Positions 55,537 to 64,000 of a stretch of 64,000 nt of DNA are shown one piece after another. Both the position numbers and the translations under genes were made by a program. The notes beneath the pieces were generated by a model. The model was not told where the DNA came from, searched no databases, and saw only the letters and a list, made by a program, of their open reading frames with translations. Every line of letters begins with the position of its first letter. Position 1 is the first letter of the stretch. Origin of the DNA: Dimorphilus gyrociliatus (lineage: Eukaryota; Animalia; Annelida); the NCBI GenBank assembly GCA_904063045.1, contig CAJFCJ010000019.1:3602684-3666683 (forward strand), in the 5' to 3' direction.

Positions 55537-57842
55537 TTATTCGTATGAATCCAAAATATTTGGAGCTCTAAGTTTCAATAATCCACCAGCCAAATGTAAA
55601 CTCCCTGTTACCAAAACCTATTAATTAATAAAATAAAATGCATTAATAAAAACAAAGAAATATATATATAAAATATTTAAACAAACTTGATAATGAAAGT
55701 TATTGGATCCATCCCTTTCTTTCATATTATCGAGGAATTCCAGTACGTCGTTTATTGTCTAAAAAGAAAGATATTTGTAGAGAAAAAAAATGCTAAAATT
55801 AGAATTAAAAAGGCATAAATACATGAAACGTCGCGGCATTATCACATAGTTCGTTTCCGTTTACTCTTCTCCAACTATCGAGATTTTTCTGGCAAACGTT
55901 ATAAACTGTACTCTCAGACACTGTAAGGTTTTTTATATCTGTAATAGATAAGGATTACGAATCATATAGAGGTTTGATCATTGGGGAGCAGGATTTAATC
56001 ATCGATTATTAACCTGCATCGATTGAATTGCATATATTCGTTGAAAAGAGAGCGTAACTAAATCCCAGCATTTGAAGCCTGGCTAGTAAGGGTTCTGCTT
56101 GTCTATCACCAGTTACATTGAACATCAGAACGCGTTTTATGATACATGTTTTCGGCAGTTGTTTAGCTTCTTCTGATATTTGATTTTCAAACCATCTGGC
56201 ACAGTTCTATTGTTTAAAATAAAATCATCTTACAGGTTGAAAGGGTTTTAAGTTTCGGCAAACTTACATCTATACTACGCGGTGTATGTGCACCATCTAT
56301 GTAATATGTTATACGATCCTGTTTTAAAATCTGGCTTCTGCCAAACCATTTAGTTTCTGTTAAACCTTTTAAATAAGGTTGAGTCAACTGAAAACCATTT
56401 AATTGTTGAAATTGGCAATTTTTCGAAAATCTAGAAATTCGTTCTTCAACTGGTATGGAGTGAGTTTGCAGCCAAATTTTCGATACCTGTAAAGCTACAG
56501 AAGAATTCAGCTCTTGAACTTCGCCACCAATCCCTAGGCTCTTTGGTTGATTATTAACTGTTGGATAAGCATTTACTGAAGAGGGGACCTCGAAAACTTG
56601 TGTTTTTTTTTCATTAATCGCCCGATCGATGATGACTTCCACACATTTATCCGGCTGGGGAACAGTTACAATTGGACATCCATGCTATAAAAATCGAATA
56701 AATTAAAAATAAATTAAAAGCACTGTACAAATTGTAATTATTATATTATTCAGCTACGAAAGTATATTAATACCTTGATAATACCCGCTTTTTGCCAAGC
56801 AATCTCATTTAAAGTATTACCGAGTATACTAGTATGATCTAGACCTAAACTTGTTATAGCACAAACTACAGGACTTCGTAAAACATTCGTTGAATCGTAT
56901 TCTCCACCAATGCCTACTTCGATAATAGCCACATCAACCTTTATAAAAATATGAAAAAATGAACATTAGATTTGATATTTATGCTATCGAATAGTTACAT
57001 TTACCGACCTTTTCAGCAACGAAGACTTTCAGTGCTAAAACAGTTAAAAATCGAAAATAAGACGGTGGTTGAATAATATTCTGTGCCTGTTGTCATAATT
57101 GATTAACATTAACATTATTCGTTTTATTAAAATAAGTAGTGACAATAATTTTTTCTTATTACCTCAGCTTCTTTCATTGCTGCATAGCAATCCCAAAAAT
57201 GTTGAGCGAATAGATTCCTACTCAATGGTTTACCATTTATCCTTATCCTTTCCCGAACTTCTAACAGATGGGGTGAACTGAAAAATCCTGTTTTGAACCC
57301 ATGATTTCGTAATATAGATTCTGTGAAAGCACACGTTGAGCCTTTTCCTTTTGTCCCAGTTATATGTATTGCTTTAGTTGAATCGATATCATCCATCTAT
57401 CACGTTTAAACTTCGTGTTAACTTATTAAGGACAAGAAATTGCGTTTGATTGAACTTACCGATATGCCAAGATGCCTCAAGAATAAGAGGGTTTCTGGAA
57501 TATTTTGCTTTTTTCTTTGGTCACTGACCAGTGACCATTGTTTGTGATCTTTAAAGCTAGCTGGAGTCTGTAGTGTGTTAAGAGCCTCAACAGCTTCCTA
57601 CAACATTTTAACGAAAACTTTACATTATCGCTCAGCAAAAAGTAAGAGATAATATTTGTTAATTTCTTCGACATAACATAAGCTAGCAATCGCATTTGAA
57701 TGGTAACTTTACATGTATGTTTAGTAAAATTTACCTCATATGTTTTTGGGGAGCAATATCGAAGTTTTGCCCGATTCTCTACCATAGCGCTGAAGTAACG
57801 AACAGACTTCAAATGTCCAGTAACAATGGAGATTACACGCAT
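55537..57842 (-). CDS. FPGS: Folylpolyglutamate synthase with an N-terminal presequence and a second in-frame ATG, multi-exon
   Basis: [54 protein letters not shown]...[18 protein letters not shown] and [12 protein letters not shown]. ATGs at 57842 and 57785. Confidence 0.95.
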
Positions 57843-58063
57843 AACAAATCTTTAATGTTTTTTATGTACTATCGCTATCAGTTTTCGGCATCTTGGAATC
57901 TTGTCAGCATGCGACAATTTAAAGGTCAAGGTTAAAATAAAAACAAAGCGGAAATTCTGAATAGGCGGTAATCCGAATGAATTTGAATTAGTGAATATTT
58001 CTATATTTGAGGACGGACAACATTGACAAATGACAGAGACAAGCAAAATGTCTAAATAGTCGT

Positions 58064-61000
58064 TCAGTTTCTTGAGAAAAATGCAATTAAAGATTCCAGT
58101 GAGTAGTTGTCCAATACTTCCATCAGAGCTGGAACTTTATTCTTTGAATTTTGACCCTTGAACTTGTATTTGTCAATAAACAGATCAGTTATAATTCCAT
58201 ATAAGCGTTGAAGATAGCACGGTTGTCGTTGATACTTTTCCTTCAATTCATCTGCATTTTCAAGGATACCCTTATAGTCATCTGAGAGGAAGGACACATC
58301 TGTCTCATGAACTTGTAAATCTTTCAGAGCATCTATGAGTTGTACATTCTTAGCAAGCGTCAGCTGCTCCTCAAGAAGTGGATGTATAAGCTCAAGTACA
58401 TGGGGAACAGACGAATCACTAATATCATAAGACATATCCAATCTAATTTTCTTATTAGTTGCTTCCTTAGATAAGACGTCTTTCAAGATAGAAATCGTAG
58501 AAACACTATCAGACGTAAAAACTGCTTCTCCAGCTGAGTAGCAACACTCTAATTGTGTGTTGAGGAAAGTAGAAGCAAATGTCATCGTTATTTTCTCTCC
58601 TGGAGGTGCTCTATCAGGAACATCGGGTAGGCAAAATGCGATCCACGAATGAACCTCAGCTAACGAAAATTGTCCCCTCAAACTTAGAGAATTACTAGGT
58701 CTCGTATCATCCCATTTATGTGTGCGTTCGTGAAGTGAAAGGGGTTTGATAGGAAATTCATTTACGCAGCATACTTTCGGATGCAAACGTGGAGCAATAT
58801 AGGCCGTTAAACGTCCGTATTGACCCTCTATAGAGCGAACTTTTATTTCGATTCTAGTAGCATTCGCTTGGCATCTATAAGTTGTCAACAAATAGTTGCC
58901 ATCTTCCACGGAAGTAGCACTATAGCTAACCACTGCTTGATTGCGATCGACGTCTAATAAATCAACTGGGACGTCGCTTTGAAGTAGGATGAAGTCAATT
59001 GCTGTGTGAACCTCTATACTTAGTATGTAGCTGGCATCAGCTCTACTCAATCTCCATTTGTTATTAACTTGGAAATGAGGAACAGCAGAGATCGAGTTTC
59101 CTTGAGCTGCCATGGATTGATAGCGCTCTCTCTCCACAGCAACCTTATTCTGAAGTTCTTCGATTTCGTCTCTGTGAAAGAAGCAAGTGCGAAACAACTA
59201 AAAATCAAGTTTTAACCTACTTAATCCTAACTATTCTTTCTAAAGTGTCGTGGTTGATGCCGACATATTGTTCGGCTTTTACCGGTTCGGCCGATGAATG
59301 GGATGAAACCGGTGTAGAAGGCATAGACGTCTTAATTTTAGAAGAACTTTCAGGTTCCGTCGTTAAACTGGATACCCATCCTGTTTAATTTTACAGATAA
59401 ATATTTTCTATGTTGTTTTAGCCATAAATTTACTCGAATTAAGAGTGAGAGTGTCAAAAAGCGAGAAATTAAATAATCAAGTGGCTTATCTACTTAAAGC
59501 ATGATAAAGACACCAAAAAAGAATACACACAAAAATATATCGATGAAATGAAAATAATTAGGATAGAACACACACCTCAGTGCTTTAATTTGCCGTTGAA
59601 TAGGTATATTACAAAGTGATCTCGAAGCGCTATCTACTGATCGAATCTCTGGTTTAGTGCTCAAAGAAAAAAGCCAACCTAATGAAAAATTGATTGTTAA
59701 ATCAGAGTGAAAAGAAATTGAACGAAAAAATAAAATAATTAAATCAGAAGGCAAAAGAGTTAAAATATGCCCAATATAATTAAAAATTCATTTATGAAAC
59801 CTGAATAAGTTGTACAGACTAATTCATCATAACCCGGTGCTGATACTACACCGCCTCGAATTGAAGTAACGCTCTCGGCGAATGTCTAAAAAGAGATTTT
59901 ACAATATTACCGCATTTAAATGAATTAGGATAAATTGACTTACTTGATGATGCCTTAAGATTGGCTCATCGTTCTCGTCGTAACCGTAAATTTCTATCAT
60001 GCCATCGTCTCTTGATACAATTAACTCTTGAATGCCATCTGCATAAATGTCGTAGTGATCCAATGAAAGAATTCCCCCGTGTTGTTTATCGTTGGACACT
60101 TCCCATTTTTGACTTGGTAACAACCTGATAATATTCAGTAAAGACATATTCAAATATTTTTTTTACTTTGAAAAGATAATAAATTCTGCTAATTGCGGCG
60201 GTCAGATGGCGTTGTTATCAGGGCAGAAATACAAATTTCAGACAGAAGATGAAAAACTACGGCAAGGATCTATCCCTTCTTCACTTTATTGATAAATCGT
60301 AAGTACTATCTTCGTTCTATAATGTAAGTTTTAATGATCAAAACAGAATAATTACCTAGACAGTTGTGCCAAACCAAGTTTGCCATCTCGAGTTCCATAA
60401 ATAACCTCATCACCTTCTTCACCTTAAAGAATTTATAGATTAAAGCAATTCTTTCATTGTTTTTCTTTTAAAAGCATAACATATGGACAAATTGAAATAA
60501 AAAAAATAATAAATACGAATAAATAAAGAATTACCTCCAGTCCCTTCGTACAACTTGGTAGTAGATGGTGATCCTCCTATTTCAAATTCATAGATCATTT
60601 CAGAATCTTGGATCATTCTAAGCATTTTATCTTCGCACGCAACTACGGATAACAACCCATCTGTCTATTGCAAATAATAATTTCTTACTTTTAAGCCGAG
60701 TTTTAAAAAATAAACAAACCTTATCGGGGGGCAAACAGAGTACGTCTGAAATTCTATCTGGACATAAATAATAAGCACTATCCGTGCAATCAGTATAGCG
60801 ATTATAGATATAATTACTGCCAACTAGTAATTCTCCTCCTTCAACATATCTTTACAGATTAAGAGATCTTTAATATTCGACAATTTAATTATATTAAATA
60901 TCTTACACTGCCTTAATAGGATCCGTTAAGTTCGTTTCAAAGGTTAAAAATTGTTTGCCTTTCTTAGAAAAACCGCGTATCTCTGAGTGGGCACAAACAA

Positions 61001-61624
61001 AGATTCTATCCCGGATTCCACCCGGAGGCCCACCTAACTCCATTCTGGTCAATTTCACTTGGCTTGGTAATGTTTTAAAGACGCTCTATAAAATTACCAA
61101 AATGCAATTAATAATATGAAGAGTCTATAAATATCTATATAGTTCACCTGTAGCTCTTTTTTCTTTATACCAAAACATTGCACGACGCCGCTGTGGTCAG
61201 CAACAGCCACCTAATTAATAAATAGTCATTGATCATTCTAAATAATTTTTATACAACAAATAAAAGCGAAAGAATATCGGAGCAGTGTTAGAAATGTCTA
61301 TGAAGTGAAAAATTGCCGTTATTATTATAAGTTTGCCACTTACAAAGTTAGTTCCAGTCTAAGCATAAAATTTTAAGATTGCTTTATTATATTTTAACCA
61401 CAGAAAGCAGTTTTGACAGTTTTAAATAAATAAGACATGAGAGATAAATATAATGTGCTAACCTTATTAGTTTGTTCTTTTTTTCCAGTGGCTGGTAGTA
61501 GTTGCATACTATTTGGCGAAGTCGTTCCAGTCTAAGAAGAAAAATATGAAAAATTGCATAAAGTTTAACTTTAAGGAAATGATCATACCTGCAGGTAATC
61601 AAGACGTGATAAATTTAATTCCAT
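58064..61624 (-). CDS. BBS7: Bardet-Biedl syndrome 7 (BBSome subunit), multi-exon
   Basis: First exon [12 protein letters not shown]. Motifs [44 protein letters not shown] and [17 protein letters not shown]. Confidence 0.96.
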
Positions 61625-61874
61625 CATCTTGCTGGATTTTTTGTGTAAAACTTTAACGTTCTATTTAAAATATTTTTCAAAAATTATTTCGGAATCTAAT
61701 ATGTTTGAAACGGGGAGCGATAACTCCTAAAACTATTTGTCTTTACAATCGAAAATTGTTCCAACTTATTTTTGATGTCCGTACTACTTGATTGTGAAAG
61801 AAACTATGGCGTTAATATGAAAAGCTACAGGAAGACATTTTTAAATCCCATATTCAGCAATAAAAGTTGCATTG

Positions 61875-61908
61875 ATCACGTGATGGCATGAAAATTTTTT
61901 CACGTGAC
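61875..61908. promoter_or_regulatory. Pair of E-boxes (CACGTG) in the BBS7/MAP2K7 bidirectional promoter
   Basis: ATCACGTGAT at 61875-61884 and TCACGTGAC at 61900-61908. Confidence 0.5.
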
Positions 61909-61922
61909 TAATGTTTTTTATA

Positions 61923-64000
61923 ATGGCGTCTTCGAGATGTCCTAATGAGAGAGATTTAGCAAATAGCCCAAACGGCGATACTAACAGGGGACAGTCCGCA
62001 AATTACGAGTCAAATTCATTGAAAATGCGGTTAAATTTTCATACTCCTCCAAGAGGACAACGAAGTAGACGTAAGCAATTTTTACCCATTATTATGACAT
62101 GTTTTGACAATACGATTGTACGTTATAAATCACCATTTTTTTTCTTTTTAGCCACACTAGAAGATACCTTTAATAATATAAGTATGAACGGAGGCACCGT
62201 AAACGGTTCATCATTAAGTCAATCGCCAAGGTCGTCATCGGAAACACGAACTAGCAGTGGAAAACGACCGCAACTGAACTTGAATTTTAAATTTCCTCAA
62301 AAACCACAGTACGTGTTTTTTTACCTTTTATGTTTAACCATCACGTAACACAATGTTTATATGTAAAAATTTAAGCTTAAGGTTTTCATTAAACCTTTTA
62401 TTTTTAATGTTATAGCAATACACCCAAGCTATAAATAATCAATGGTTCTACTTTAGTTGTATTACTTTTTTTTCTTATTTTTATTATTATCGTTTAAACT
62501 AAGACTTATATTTTTGTTTCCTATGAAGCAGACTAGAAGACGAACATGCAAATTTTCGTCAAATTACTCGAAATTCTGGATTGTTAGAAATAAATGTAAA
62601 TGAGGTAAGCTCTTGATAGACGACTATTTTCTTTTGTTTTCTCTACTTTTCAGATGTTTTTAAATAATCTTATTAACATTTTCATAGAAAATTAAAGTGA
62701 CTTCGGATGAATTGGTGAGCGAAGGGGAACTTGGTCACGGTAACTGTGGTCACGTACATAAAATGAGACACAAAGAAAGAGGCACTCTCATGGCCGTTAA
62801 AGTAAGATAACCATCTTAAAATTAATAAACCGAAAATCACCATAAGTTTATAATTGACAGCAAATGAGAAAATCTGGTAACAAAGAGGACTTGAAGAGAA
62901 TATTAATGGATATCGACATTGTAGTGAAATCCCATGATTGTAGATATATTGTAAAATGTTTGGGATATTTCATTAACGAGGTTTGTATTAAAATTGTCAA
63001 ATGTAGAAGTATAAACTTATTTATGGTCCATAGGTTGATGTATGGATCTGCATGGAATTAATGGATACTTGCTTGGACAAGTTAATTCGCAAATTAAAAC
63101 AAGGTTTACCTGAGAATATTATCGGAAAGGTGGCTGTAGCGGTAAGTTATCAAATTGATTATTACATACGAAACTATGCTAAAAGTATATACTATATTTA
63201 TAAAACTAATTTTAGACTGTTAACGCTCTTCATTACTTGAAAGAAAAGCACGGCGTGATTCATCGAGGTTCAATATTGAATATTATCTTTAGAAATGTTC
63301 TATTTATATATATTTTTAAATTATTCATTCGTATAGACGTAAAACCATCGAATATACTACTCAGTAGAAATGGCAGCATAAAATTATGTGATTTCGGAAT
63401 AAGTGGTCGTTTAGATAACTCCAAGGCAAAAACAAGAAATGCTGGTTGTGTGGCTTATTTATCACCGGAACGTATTGAACCAGTAGATCCAGACTTTCCT
63501 GTTTACGATGTCAGGGCGGATGTGTGGAGTCTTGGAATAACTTTGGTTTTTATCATAAAATTAAAACAAACACTAAAAACTAAATCTTTTATTGTCTTTG
63601 AATAGATTGAATTAGCAACTGGAAAATTTCCGTATCCAAAATGCACTTCTGATTTTGAAGTATTAAGCCATATCGTCAAAGACGATCCACCGTCTGCCCC
63701 ACGTAGCTTTTCGATAAATTTTGGTAGCTTCTGTAAAGAATGGTAAGAATCTTTAATATGCAAAATCAAATATATTTTTTCACAATAGCTGAACAAAATG
63801 ACAATATTTCCTTTCGTTACAGCCTTCGAAAGGATCCATCTGCACGGCCAAAATATCAAGCTTTATTAGTAAGTAGATATGTATAAATAGTTCAATTTAA
63901 TGCCATACATTTATTAGTAGTCAAGTTTGGAATCACTTTCTATTAATTTCAGAATCATCAATTTCTCAAATATTACGAGGAGAGGGCCGTTGACGTCGGT
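61923..64000 (+). CDS. MAP2K7: MAP kinase kinase 7 (JNK activator), partial, runs off the right edge
   Basis: D-motif KRPQLNLNF; QMRKSGNKEDLKRILMDIDIVVKSHDC; HRDVKPSN; DFGISGRLDNSKAKTRNAGC; YDVRADVWSLG. Confidence 0.94.

Overview
AT-rich, very compact eukaryotic (animal) genomic DNA. I find about 23 intron-containing protein-coding genes in 64 kb, with mostly 50-70 nt GT-AG introns and several head-to-head pairs. No tRNA, rRNA, CRISPR array or intact transposon is supportable. Gene order: CEP350 (partial, -), LRRC73-like LRR protein with a long repeat-containing N-terminus (-), ERICH3-like (-), stand-alone Maf/ASMTL-N pyrophosphatase (+), candidate ubiquitin-like microprotein (+), orphan (+), DPY19L1 (-), DPH2 (-), TIMM44 (+), LMW-PTP/ACP1-like pseudophosphatase (-), PRRC1 (+), TASOR-C-terminal-like protein (+), FGFR1OP2/SIKE1 (+), zeta/delta-class tubulin (-), CEP112 (+), PSMG4 (-), PEP mutase (-), JMJD4 (+), TTLL1 (-), GANAB (+), FPGS (-), BBS7 (-), MAP2K7 (partial, +). 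Motile-cilium genes plus PEP mutase plus tiny introns suggest a ciliated invertebrate with a miniaturised genome (for example a small lophotrochozoan); this is inference only. The main leads are: a spliced four-exon LMW-PTP paralogue, missed by the ORF track, that lacks the catalytic Arg and Asp; a truncated TASOR/HUSH-like protein; an intron-containing phosphonate-biosynthesis PEP mutase with an N-terminal extension; a zeta-type tubulin with an RFX X-box; and a candidate divergent ubiquitin-like microprotein. All family assignments come from remembered protein motifs and manual splicing, not from database searches.
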